Positions 47,040 through 55,934 of a DNA stretch of 64,000 nt are shown here, in pieces. The notes beneath the pieces were generated by a model. It saw only the letters and a program-made list of their open reading frames with translations. It was not told the origin of the DNA and searched no databases. The stretch's first letter is position 1. The number at the start of each line of letters is the position of its first letter. Origin of the DNA: Planctomycetota bacterium (GTDB taxonomy: Bacteria; Planctomycetota; MHYJ01; WSZJ01); the NCBI GenBank assembly GCA_038060895.1, contig JBBTCT010000031.1, forward strand, positions 1-64,000, given 5' to 3'. The position numbers were made by a program, and so were the translations under genes.

Positions 47040-48164
47040 CTACTTCGGCACGATCAGTTCCTCGGCCGCCTCCGGCTTGCGGATCCTCGGCCGGATGATG
47101 AACAAAACTTCGGTCTTCTTCGTCTCGAGGTTCTCGCTTCCGAACAGGTAGCCGATGATCGGGATTTCCGAGAGGATCGGGACGCCGCGCCGCGTCTCGA
47201 CTTCTTCGGTGCGCACGAGGCCTCCGATCACGATCTGCTGTCCGTCCCTGACCGTCAGGTGCGTGTCGGCCGTGCGCGTCGAAAAAATAGGCGTCTGCTG
47301 GCCCTGGATGCTCGCCGTCCCGGCGACGGTCGTGACCTCCGGCTTCGCGTCGATGTCGATGAAATTCTGGCTGATCACGTTGGGCGTCACGGTCAGCTTC
47401 ACGGCGGCCTGCTTGAAGCGCACGGTCGAAATCGGCGCTGCGCCGGGGTTGAAGACCAGCGATTCGAGGTACGGCACTTCGTCGCCCGCGATAATGGTCG
47501 CCGATTCGCCGTTGTTCACGGTGACGTACGGGCTCGACAGGATCGTCGCCTTCCCCCTTCGCACCAGCATCCGCAACTTGAAGTCGATCAGGCCCCACTG
47601 GAGGTTGTGGTTGAAGAAGTTCGCCGTGATGCCCTGGAACGCATCGGCTCCCGGTTTCAGCGACGCGAGATACGAGTCCGGGTTGAACACGGCGGTCCCG
47701 CTCTTGAAAAGTTCGTCGGCGGCGTGTTTCCCCGACTGGGTCACGCCGAACTCCGCGCCGATCTCCAGGTCACTTTCGATCGACTTTTCAATGATCTGCG
47801 CCTCGATCTGCACCTGGTCCGCCGGCCGGTCGAGGACGTTGAGGACCTTCTCGATGAGCTCGATGTTCTCCTTCACATCGGAGATCATCAGGAGATTCAG
47901 TTCGGGCGTATTGGGAGGCTGCGGCGGCGAGACCTGGATGGTGCCCTTCGGCGTGAGAAATTTCTGGAGATAGGGCTGCATCAGCTGACCCTTGCCGCGC
48001 GCCACCTGATAAAAGATATAGACCATGCCCTCTTTTTCGATCCGGCCCTTCTCGTACCGCCAGGTGGGAGCGGCCGGAACCGGCGGAAGCGGCGTGGGCG
48101 GGGGTTCCTCTGCGAACGCGGCCGAAGCGGCCAACAGCACGGCTGCGAAGAGGAAGCCCCTCAC
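47040..48164 (-). CDS. Outer-membrane secretin (GspD/PilQ family), short form
   Basis: Signal peptide; LDRPADQVQIEAQIIE, ILSSPYVTVNNGESATI, TRTADTHLTVRDGQQIVIGGL, GVPILSEIPIIGYLF, IIRPRI. Confidence 0.92.
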   Translation of the reverse strand: MRGFLFAAVLLAASAAFAEEPPPTPLPPVPAAPTWRYEKGRIEKEGMVYIFYQVARGKGQLMQPYLQKFLTPKGTIQVSPPQPPNTPELNLLMISDVKENIELIEKVLNVLDRPADQVQIEAQIIEKSIESDLEIGAEFGVTQSGKHAADELFKSGTAVFNPDSYLASLKPGADAFQGITANFFNHNLQWGLIDFKLRMLVRRGKATILSSPYVTVNNGESATIIAGDEVPYLESLVFNPGAAPISTVRFKQAAVKLTVTPNVISQNFIDIDAKPEVTTVAGTASIQGQQTPIFSTRTADTHLTVRDGQQIVIGGLVRTEEVETRRGVPILSEIPIIGYLFGSENLETKKTEVLFIIRPRIRKPEAAEELIVPK

Positions 48165-48568
48165 TATTTCGAATCCCCCGCCGATGCCTTGATCTTCTCG
48201 ACGACTGCCTTGGTGAGATCGGCCGGCGGCGCCTGTCCCTCCGGCATCCGGATCGAGCCCTGCTCGGCGACGACGCCGTTGCCACCTGCCTTCGCGGCGG
48301 CTTCGACGGCCTTGCGGAAGCGGGCGTTGGCGGCGGAGACGAGGATCCAGTAGTCGGCGTCGTCGGTCGTGAGCTTGCGGCGCTGGATTTCGAGCCATTC
48401 CGGGATGGCCGCGAAGCACTCGGCGGCCCGGACGGTCGCGGGGTTCGCGCCTTCGGCGTCGCCGTAATAGATCTTCGTGGCGTCGACGCAGATGTTTTCG
48501 GCGCGTGCAGGACCGCAGGCGGCCGAAAGAAGCGCCGCAACAGCGAAGTTCATGAGTGTGGTCTTCAT
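48164..48568 (-). CDS. Small secreted protein, Skp/OmpH-like
   Basis: Signal peptide; C-terminus KAVEAAAKAGGNGVVAE...DLTKAVVEKI resembles the Skp trimerization core; SD GGAGG. Confidence 0.55.
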   Translation of the reverse strand: MKTTLMNFAVAALLSAACGPARAENICVDATKIYYGDAEGANPATVRAAECFAAIPEWLEIQRRKLTTDDADYWILVSAANARFRKAVEAAAKAGGNGVVAEQGSIRMPEGQAPPADLTKAVVEKIKASAGDSK

Positions 48569-48749
48569 CGCGGTCCTCCCAAGGTGCCCCAGTCACCCGC
48601 GCGGCCCCTCGATCGGCCCGAATAATACCCCGCGAAACGGGAGAGCGTTGGCATTGTTTTAAGAAAGGCCGGTGAAACGCTGTTTCGCGCCTCACCGGCC
48701 TTGTGATGTCAACGATCGGCCCGGCTCACGGTCTGACTGAAATTAATCG

Positions 48750-51035
48750 CTACCGACGGGGAGGGCCGCCGCGTCCACCGCCGCCGCCTCCGCGCCCGCC
48801 ACTGCCGCCTCTTCCACCACCGCCACCCCTGCCGCCGCCGCCGAAGCCGCCGCCTTCGCGCCGCGGCGGACGATCAGGCCGCGGGGCCTCGGGGATGGGC
48901 TGGCCGTCGGGGCCGACCGGGCGCGGAAGAAGCGCCTTCCGGCTGAGCCGGATCTTGCCGGCTTCCGAGCTGATGACCTTGAATTCCGCCTCGTCCCCGA
49001 TCTTGATGACGTCCTCGACCGTCTTGACGTAGCCCTCGGCGAGCTCGCTGATGTGGCACATGCCTTCGATGCCGCCAGCGACCGGGAGCTTGACGATCGC
49101 GCCGAATTCGCGCGTCTGGACAACCACGCCCTTGTAGACGGCGCCGACCTCGACATCCTCGATGAGGCCTTCGACCTTCTTCTTGGCCGCCTCCAGGCAG
49201 GTCAGATCCTTCGAGCTGATCGTCAGCACGCCATCGTCGTCGATCTCCAGCTTCGCGGACGTCTCTTCCTCGATCCCGCGGATGATTTTCCCGCCGGGAC
49301 CGATGACGGCGCCGATCTTGTCGCTGGGAAGCTGCATCCTCCAGAGACGGGGAGCCATCGCGCTGTAGTCGGCGCGCGGCGCGGACATGGTCTTGGCCAT
49401 CTCGGCCAGGATGTGGATCCGCCCGTCCTTCGCCTGCGCCAGCGCCCGGCCCATGATCGCCGAGCTGATGCCGGTGTTCTTGAGGTCCATCTGGAACGCC
49501 GTGATGCCGGTCGCCGTGCCGCAGACCTTGAAGTCCATGTCCCCGAACTTGTCCTCGCTGCCGAGGATGTCCGAGATCACCTCGACCTTGTTGTCCTGCG
49601 CGATCAGGCCCATCGCGATCCCGGCGACGGGAGAAGTGATCTTCACGCCGGCGTCGAGAAGCGCGAGCGTGCCGCCGCAGACCGACGCCATCGAGCTGGA
49701 GCCGTTCGACTCGAGGATGTCCGAGACGATGCGGCAGGTGTAGGGGAAGTCCTCAGGCGGCGGGATGATCCCGAGAATCGCGCGCTCGGCGAGGTCGCCG
49801 TGCCCGATTTCGCGCCGGCCGGGGCCGCGGATCGGCTTGGCCTCGTTGACGCTGAAGCTCGGGAAGTTGTAGTGCAGGTAGAACTTCTTCGAGTACTCCT
49901 CTTCCACAGCGCCGTCGATCACCTGTTCGTTGTCCGCCGTGCCGAGCGTCAGGCTGACCAGCGCCTGCGTCTCGCCACGCGTGAAGATCGCCGAGCCGTG
50001 CACGCGAGGCAGGACGCCGACCTCGCACGTGATCTGCCGGATGTCCTTCGGCCCGCGGCCGTCGGCGCGCAGCCCCTTGTGCACGATCAGCTCGCGCGTG
50101 ATCGTGTACTCGAGATCGCCCAGGTACCGCTTCACTTCCTTCGGGCAGACGTCCGTCGTCGCCTCGCCGTCCGCATCGACCGGCGCGAGCTTCTCGATGA
50201 TTTCCTTCTTCGCCGCCTTGACCCTGTCCGACCGCTCCTTCTTCGCCGTCGTCATGATCGCCGGCTCCAGCGTCTTGCGCGCCAGGGCTTCGACTTTCGC
50301 GAAGAGCTTCTCGTCGGTCTTGCGCCCCTCGAACGCCATCGTCGGTTTCCCGGCGCTGGCCTTCAGCTCCTTCTGGATCCGGCACAGATCCTTGATCCAC
50401 TTGTGGCCGAACTCGATCCCCGCAATCATCACTTCCTCGGCAATCTCAAGCCCCGATCCTTCGCACATCGTCACCGCTTCGTCCGTGCCCGACATCACGA
50501 GGTCGAGATCGCTCTCGTCGAGCTGCTCGTGCGTCGGGTTCACCACAAACACCCCGTTGATCCTGCCGACCCGGACGCAGCCGATCGGGCCCAGGAAGGG
50601 CGCTTCGCTGACCGCGAGGCAGGCCGATGAAGCGACGCCCGCGAGGACGTCGGGATCGTTCTGCATGTCCGCGCTGAAGACCGTGACCTGGATCTGGACT
50701 TCGTTCTTGAAGCCTTCCGGGAAGAGCGGCCGGATGGGGCGGTCGCAGAGGCGCGCCGTCAGGATTTCCTTCGTGGAGGGGCGATTCTCGCGCTTGATGA
50801 AGCCGCCGGGGAATTTTCCAGCGGCGTGCGTTCTCTCGCGATAGTCCACCGTGAGCGGGAAGAAATCGTCGTCGTCCGCATACGGGTTCGGGCGGGGCGC
50901 GGCGACGACCGCCGCGGCGAACACCACCGTGTCCCCGTACTGGACCCAGGCGGCGCCGCTGGCCAGTTTCGCCAGCTTGCCCGTCTCAATGATCAACGGC
51001 TTGTCGCCAATCATGCACTGCACGCGTGTTGCCAA
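48750..51035 (-). CDS. pnp: Polyribonucleotide nucleotidyltransferase
   Basis: FFPLTVDY, RREIGHG, ESNGSSSMAS, GDMDFKV, KH (IGPGGK) and S1 domains; TTG with SD GGAGGG. Confidence 0.98.
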   Translation of the reverse strand: MATRVQCMIGDKPLIIETGKLAKLASGAAWVQYGDTVVFAAAVVAAPRPNPYADDDDFFPLTVDYRERTHAAGKFPGGFIKRENRPSTKEILTARLCDRPIRPLFPEGFKNEVQIQVTVFSADMQNDPDVLAGVASSACLAVSEAPFLGPIGCVRVGRINGVFVVNPTHEQLDESDLDLVMSGTDEAVTMCEGSGLEIAEEVMIAGIEFGHKWIKDLCRIQKELKASAGKPTMAFEGRKTDEKLFAKVEALARKTLEPAIMTTAKKERSDRVKAAKKEIIEKLAPVDADGEATTDVCPKEVKRYLGDLEYTITRELIVHKGLRADGRGPKDIRQITCEVGVLPRVHGSAIFTRGETQALVSLTLGTADNEQVIDGAVEEEYSKKFYLHYNFPSFSVNEAKPIRGPGRREIGHGDLAERAILGIIPPPEDFPYTCRIVSDILESNGSSSMASVCGGTLALLDAGVKITSPVAGIAMGLIAQDNKVEVISDILGSEDKFGDMDFKVCGTATGITAFQMDLKNTGISSAIMGRALAQAKDGRIHILAEMAKTMSAPRADYSAMAPRLWRMQLPSDKIGAVIGPGGKIIRGIEEETSAKLEIDDDGVLTISSKDLTCLEAAKKKVEGLIEDVEVGAVYKGVVVQTREFGAIVKLPVAGGIEGMCHISELAEGYVKTVEDVIKIGDEAEFKVISSEAGKIRLSRKALLPRPVGPDGQPIPEAPRPDRPPRREGGGFGGGGRGGGGGRGGSGGRGGGGGGRGGPPRR

Positions 51036-51181
51036 CGTAGTCCCTCCGACCTTGTGCGCCGTCCGGGGCAGAGGGGGAAGCACTGGATCTCTGCCCCCCC
51101 GACGGGGAGGCACAGACCCGCGCTTCCATTCACAACCGCAGACCCGGCGGCGCTTCCGCGACCCGCAATACGCGAGCCGCT

Positions 51182-51212
51182 AAAACAAAATCGCCCCGCC
51201 GGAGCGGGGCGA
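51182..51212 (-). terminator. Intrinsic terminator after rpsO
   Basis: TCGCCCCGC-CGGA-GCGGGGCGA hairpin followed on the minus strand by TTTTGTTTT. Confidence 0.8.
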
Positions 51213-51216
51213 ACGG

Positions 51217-51492
51217 TTACTTGCGAAGACCCAGTCTCTGGATGATCGACTGGTACCGGGGGTGCGCGTTCGTTGCGAGGTACTTCAGCAGCGAAGCGCG
51301 CCGGCCGACCATGACGAGCAGACCCCGGCGCGAGGTGAAGTCCTTGGCGTGCGACTTGAGGTGCGCCGTGAGGTGGTTGATGCGCTCCGTGAGCAGCGCG
51401 ATCTGCACTTCGGGAGACCCGGTGTCTTTCTCATGGGTCCGGAACGTCTCGACGGCCTTCGTGCGCTTTTCCTTCAGGGCAAACGGCGGCAT
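51217..51492 (-). CDS. rpsO: 30S ribosomal protein S15
   Basis: [23 protein letters not shown]...SRRGLL...LGLRK. Confidence 0.98.
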   Translation of the reverse strand: MPPFALKEKRTKAVETFRTHEKDTGSPEVQIALLTERINHLTAHLKSHAKDFTSRRGLLVMVGRRASLLKYLATNAHPRYQSIIQRLGLRK

Positions 51493-51567
51493 GGAATCTC
51501 CTTGGGTTCGGGCATTCGCCTGTCCTCAAGCTTTGGGCTGGAGGAAGGTAGTTGTTGAAGGGTGGGG

Positions 51568-51595
51568 AGTATAGGAGAGCCGAAGGGGAAGTCAA
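51568..51595 (-). promoter_or_regulatory. Sigma70-type promoter of rpsO-pnp
   Basis: TTGACT-16 nt-TATACT on minus strand. Confidence 0.7.
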
Positions 51596-51620
51596 GGACG
51601 GCAGTCGGGAGGCGGGAGTT

Positions 51621-52025
51621 TCAGGGCACGATCGAGAAGTGGCCTATTCCACGGGGCCGGTAACGTTCGAAGTCGCGCCTGTCGATCGTGAAAACGCGGG
51701 AGATTCGCTCCCTCTCCGCCGCCTGGACCAGGGCGGCGTCCGCCAGGTCCATCGGGAGGTCCCGATACTTCTCCATCAGCTCTCGAATCCGCGGACAGTC
51801 CCCGGTTGCGAGGGAGAGTATCTTGAGACTGCCGCCGACAACCATCTCCCAGAGCGCGTCCTGGGCCTTCCAGGAGAAGTTCAGCAGATACATCGCTTCC
51901 GTCACGGCGGGCCACACGCTGGCCATCGGTTCACGGAGGATCTTCAGTGCCCGGACACACTCCGCATGACGCTCATCGTCCCTGTGCAGGAGCGCCACCA
52001 GCGGTCCTGCATCGACGAGAATCAC
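51621..52025 (-). CDS. vapC: PIN-domain toxin (VapC)
   Basis: ILVDAGPLVAL, VTEAMYL, YRDLPMDLADAALV, VFTIDRRDF. Confidence 0.92.
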   Translation of the reverse strand: MILVDAGPLVALLHRDDERHAECVRALKILREPMASVWPAVTEAMYLLNFSWKAQDALWEMVVGGSLKILSLATGDCPRIRELMEKYRDLPMDLADAALVQAAERERISRVFTIDRRDFERYRPRGIGHFSIVP

Positions 52026-52285
52026 GATTTGCGCCGACGCGCCTGGAGAATTCGGCGGAAGTGAGCGCCCGTCTTTGCCGACAGGTCAGGGGGTCCACCA
52101 CGGACGCAACCAACGAGGTGCGCGATTGCCTCGTACGGACCCCGGGACTCCGCTTCCTGGGAGCTCGCCCGCGCGAGCAGGTCAAGCGCCTCGCGGATCA
52201 GTGCGGACTGCGTCTTCCCCGTCTGACGGACGAGTTTCAGCAACCGCGAACGCGTGGTGGATGGAAGGCGAAAGCTGAGGATCAT
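52022..52285 (-). CDS. Ribbon-helix-helix/CopG antitoxin (VapB-like)
   Basis: MILSFRLP...GKTQSALIREAL; GCVRGGPPDLS; overlaps vapC start. Confidence 0.85.
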   Translation of the reverse strand: MILSFRLPSTTRSRLLKLVRQTGKTQSALIREALDLLARASSQEAESRGPYEAIAHLVGCVRGGPPDLSAKTGAHFRRILQARRRKS

Positions 52286-52300
52286 GTTCCGGGCTCCCTT

Positions 52301-52320
52301 GTATTACAGCATTGTAATAC
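52301..52320 (-). promoter_or_regulatory. Palindromic TA operator overlapping a -10 box
   Basis: GTATTACA-GCAT-TGTAATAC perfect 8 bp inverted repeat; contains TACAAT on minus strand, 15 nt upstream of antitoxin ATG. Confidence 0.75.
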
Positions 52321-52440
52321 GCACAAACTGGAATTCCAAGACCGGAACATTCGGTTCGGCGCGGCGCTTTCCGGGTTGGACTATTCTTCGCGGCGGACAG
52401 AATTCAGATTCCCGCTCATCAGAAGCCTCCCCCTGGACAG

Positions 52441-52926
52441 CTACTTTTTCCCGTGCCCCGGCTCCGCGGAGTCCGGCGCCTCCGGCACTTCCTGCTGCGC
52501 CACTCCCTTGTTGGTCAGCTCGATCACGTCCTTCACCATCTGGACGAGCTTCCAGCGCTGGAAGGGCTTCGCGAGCACTCCATACACCCCATAGAAGAAC
52601 GGCCGCGGCGTGTTCTCGATCACCGCGCGCGCCGTCAGCATGATCACCGGCAGGCCCGCGGTCTTCGTGTCCTGCTTCAGGATCTCGTACACCTGGTAGC
52701 CGTTCAGGCCGGGCATCATCACGTCGAGAATCATCACGTCCACACCGCCGCGCTTCGCCATCTCAATCCCCTGCTCGGGGCTCGTCGTCGTCTTGACGAG
52801 GTAGCCTTCCTCCTCGAGGAAGAACTTGATGATGTTGAGGATCTTCACCGTGTCGTCGACCACCAGGATCGTCTTCTGGGGGCGGAACGGCGTGATCGCG
52901 GTTTCTTCGGGGGGTTTCTGGTTCAT
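52441..52926 (-). CDS. Single-domain response regulator
   Basis: ILVVDD, ILDVMMPGLNG, PVIMLTA, KPF. Confidence 0.92.
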   Translation of the reverse strand: MNQKPPEETAITPFRPQKTILVVDDTVKILNIIKFFLEEEGYLVKTTTSPEQGIEMAKRGGVDVMILDVMMPGLNGYQVYEILKQDTKTAGLPVIMLTARAVIENTPRPFFYGVYGVLAKPFQRWKLVQMVKDVIELTNKGVAQQEVPEAPDSAEPGHGKK

Positions 52927-54500
52927 CGGCGGCGGGGCCGCGCGGCGAGCCAGGAGAGGATGAGAAGCGCGAGTCCTGCAAGCGCTCCCCCGGCCGGCGG
53001 AACGGTTCTTTCGGAAAGTATCACGTTCTTCGTCGGAAGGTCAAGACGCGGGGAAGCGGGCGATGCGGGGGAAGCCGCTTCCGCGAGCTCGCGCGCATCT
53101 TCGAGATTGACGGCAACGGGCGCGCCGTTGTGAAGGAACAGTCCCGCGCGAAAGAACGGCTTTGGTCCGTGGCGATCGGGAAGCGAGTCTCCCGTTGAAA
53201 TCATGTTTCCGGCGGACGGACGGAAGCGCCGCGCGACGTCGGCCCAGAAGAGCGGGAAGGAGACGAGCCGCGGCCAGTTGGAATTCGGAGCGGACGGATC
53301 GAAGGCGACGACGACGGTGCCGTCGCACAGGTAGATGAGAGAGTCGACGAGCATGACGGGCGGTTTCAGGAACCGGAGTTTGCGTGCCCGCGACACCTGC
53401 AGTTTCGACAGGTCGGCGGCGGCGGCGACTTTCACGAGTGGTTCGGTCAGGTCCGGGATGCGCGTTTCGGCCGGGGTGATCTCGCCCTCGACCTCGAACA
53501 GTCCCGCGACGCCTTTCGGCGGATCGATGATGACGGCGGCTCCGCGGGGCGCCGCGGCGGGGACGACCCCGATCCAGATCGATGGCGACCCTCCCAGTTC
53601 GGGCTTGAGACCCGCGCCTTCGAGCGCGCGGCGAAGCGCCGGAAAGTCGCGGCCGGAAATCCCGACGGGAGCGCCCTCGCTGGAAGCGGCCCAGAAGCGA
53701 GCGTTGTTCGACTCGAAGCCGTCGGGCCGCTCGATCTCAACCGACGCAGTTTTCGCCGCACCGGCGGGACGCCGCAGGAGCGCCCGACCGCCTGGGGATG
53801 ACGTGAGCTCGACCGACTCGGATTCCTCGCCGACGCGGACGGTGACACGGACGGACTCACCACGCACCACCGCGAAGAGCTCGCCGTCGGCGACAAACAG
53901 CGCTTCCACGGCATGCGTATCCGCTCCCCCGGTGTGCACGCGCCACGTCGCGACTTCCGCCGGGCCCGGATGGCTCCCGAAAGCCGCGACGACGTCGTCG
54001 CCCGCGAAGCGCGCGGCCGCGCCGGCGACGTCGCCGGGAGCGTCCGTCCAGCCTGCCTTGGAGAGCCTGTCCAGCGCTTCCGCCTTCGCCAGCCCGCGCC
54101 ACTCCCCGAAGGGAACGAGGGCGAGGTCCACGACAGCGTCGCCGGGCAGTCCGCGAACGAACGACCCGGCCTCCGCGGCGATCTCACGAAAGGCTCCGCG
54201 CGCGGACGCCGTCGCATCGACGACGACGCCGACGCGAATCGGTTCGGGGGCGAGCGTCCGGAACTTGAGCTTCGCGGCACCGACTGCGAAGACAACAACG
54301 CCCGCCATCGCCAGCCACAGCGCCGCGTCCGCGCGCCGCCGGTGCCGCGCCACCGCCGCCGGGTCCGGCACCGGAAGCCGCTTCCACAACAGAAGGCTTG
54401 GCCACTCGACGTCGCGCGGGCGGCGGCGCGCGCGATGCCACCACCAGAGGAGCGGGAGGGCCGCGAACGCGGCGAGGGCCCAGGGGTAGGCGGCGCTCAA
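52923..54500 (-). CDS. BatA-domain / VWA-like membrane protein
   Basis: PWALAAFAALPLLWWWH...VEWPSLLLW, VVVDATAS, SNNAR, NWPRLVSFPLF, C-terminal TM. Confidence 0.8.
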   Translation of the reverse strand: MSAAYPWALAAFAALPLLWWWHRARRRPRDVEWPSLLLWKRLPVPDPAAVARHRRRADAALWLAMAGVVVFAVGAAKLKFRTLAPEPIRVGVVVDATASARGAFREIAAEAGSFVRGLPGDAVVDLALVPFGEWRGLAKAEALDRLSKAGWTDAPGDVAGAAARFAGDDVVAAFGSHPGPAEVATWRVHTGGADTHAVEALFVADGELFAVVRGESVRVTVRVGEESESVELTSSPGGRALLRRPAGAAKTASVEIERPDGFESNNARFWAASSEGAPVGISGRDFPALRRALEGAGLKPELGGSPSIWIGVVPAAAPRGAAVIIDPPKGVAGLFEVEGEITPAETRIPDLTEPLVKVAAAADLSKLQVSRARKLRFLKPPVMLVDSLIYLCDGTVVVAFDPSAPNSNWPRLVSFPLFWADVARRFRPSAGNMISTGDSLPDRHGPKPFFRAGLFLHNGAPVAVNLEDARELAEAASPASPASPRLDLPTKNVILSERTVPPAGGALAGLALLILSWLAARPRRR

Positions 54501-55333
54501 CAGACCGCCTCGGCCCATTCGGCCAGCGGCGCGCCGGCCGCGAGGCGGATGTAGGCAATGCCGTGCGAAGCGCAGAGCGTGCGCCAGTTGCCGGCGAAGT
54601 CCTCGAGCGCCCTGGAGTAGGAAGCGGCGGTCGCGTCGTCGAAGAGGACTTCGCGAATCTCACCCGTTTCGGCATCGCGGAGCCGCAGCAGACCTTCGGG
54701 CGGGTGGGCTTCCTCGGAAGCCACGACGTGAACGACTGTAACGGCATGGCCGTGTACGCGGAGAGCGACAAGCGCGGGACCTGCGGATTCCTCCTCGAGC
54801 AGGTCACTGACGAAGAGGATGCGGCCGCGGCGGGCGTGAAGGAGCGTCTTGGCGGCTGCGAGGCCGCCGCCGGCGCCGGCCGTGCCGATCGACTCGACGT
54901 GCCGGTCGAGCTCCGGGATGTCCTTGGGGTTGCCGAAGCCGCGTGGCTCGAGCGCCTTCCCGGCCGCGAATGCCGCGAGGCGTGTCTGGTCTCCCTGGAG
55001 AAGGGCCACGACGGCCGCCGCAGCGGCAACGCGCTTCGCCGTCAGCGACTTGCCCCACGGCGCCATCGAGGCCGAGGCGTCGAGAAGTACGGCGAGAGTC
55101 CCTTCGACCTCTTCCCGGAACTCGCGAATGACGAGGTTCTCAGTCCGGGCGTAGGCGGCCCAGTCGATCGTCCGCGGGTCGTCGCCGGACACGTACCCTC
55201 GATGCCCCTCGAACTGGCTCCCAGCTCCCTTGCGAGCGCCCGGCCTCGCCCCGCCGGGCGCGCCGGGGGCGGAGGAGCGCCGCGCCGCGGCGAGCGCGGC
55301 GAGCCTGGCCAGGTCGGTGGAGGAGAGGAGCAT
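54497..55333 (-). CDS. DUF58 family protein
   Basis: GSQFEGHRGYVSGDDPRTIDWAAYAR, LLDASASM, VSDLL, LRDAETG. Confidence 0.9.
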   Translation of the reverse strand: MLLSSTDLARLAALAAARRSSAPGAPGGARPGARKGAGSQFEGHRGYVSGDDPRTIDWAAYARTENLVIREFREEVEGTLAVLLDASASMAPWGKSLTAKRVAAAAAVVALLQGDQTRLAAFAAGKALEPRGFGNPKDIPELDRHVESIGTAGAGGGLAAAKTLLHARRGRILFVSDLLEEESAGPALVALRVHGHAVTVVHVVASEEAHPPEGLLRLRDAETGEIREVLFDDATAASYSRALEDFAGNWRTLCASHGIAYIRLAAGAPLAEWAEAVC

Positions 55334-55484
55334 GTGAAGCGGAATGCAGTCCGCCTCTTCTATAACGGCGCCGCCGGACCGCTGGCTTGAGTCAAATGGG
55401 CCCCGATTCCTTGACCAACTTCCGACAGCCCCCATAGAATCCCGCCCCGAACCGCGCACCGGCCTCTTCGACGGAAACCAAAGC

Positions 55485-55934
55485 ATGCGCTACGATTACG
55501 TCGGCGTCCTCATCTACATGGTGCTGGCCGTCGGCTTCGTCCTGATCGGCATGACCGCGCAGAAATACGTCTCAAAGTTCCTGCGCACCAACAAGCCCAA
55601 CGCAGAGAAACTCTCGCCCTATGAGTGCGGCGAAGAGCCCGTCGGCGGGACGTCGATCCGGTTCAATATCCGCTTCTACGTGATGGCGCTGGTCTTCATC
55701 GTTTTCGACGTGGAAGTCGTGCTTCTCTTCCCGTGGGCGCGCGTCTTCACGGAGCTTTACCCCTTCTACCGAATGGCCCTGTTCTGGGACATGCTCATCT
55801 TCGTGGGCATCCTGTCGCTGGGGCTGGCGTACATCTGGGGGAAGGGCGACCTGGAGTGGGTGAAGTCGTTCCGGAAGCATCTTTCGCCGGCGGAGCAGGT
55901 GGCGCGCAAGCCTTCGAAGAAGGAGGCGGCGTAG
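55485..55934 (+). CDS. nuoA: NADH-quinone oxidoreductase subunit A
   Basis: KLSPYECGEEP, RFYVMALVFIVFDVE, PWA, KGDLEW. Confidence 0.96.
   Translation: MRYDYVGVLIYMVLAVGFVLIGMTAQKYVSKFLRTNKPNAEKLSPYECGEEPVGGTSIRFNIRFYVMALVFIVFDVEVVLLFPWARVFTELYPFYRMALFWDMLIFVGILSLGLAYIWGKGDLEWVKSFRKHLSPAEQVARKPSKKEAA

Noticed and set aside
48645-48665. Sigma54-like TTGGCA element
   Set aside because: No -12 TTGC and it faces away from the nearby minus-strand genes
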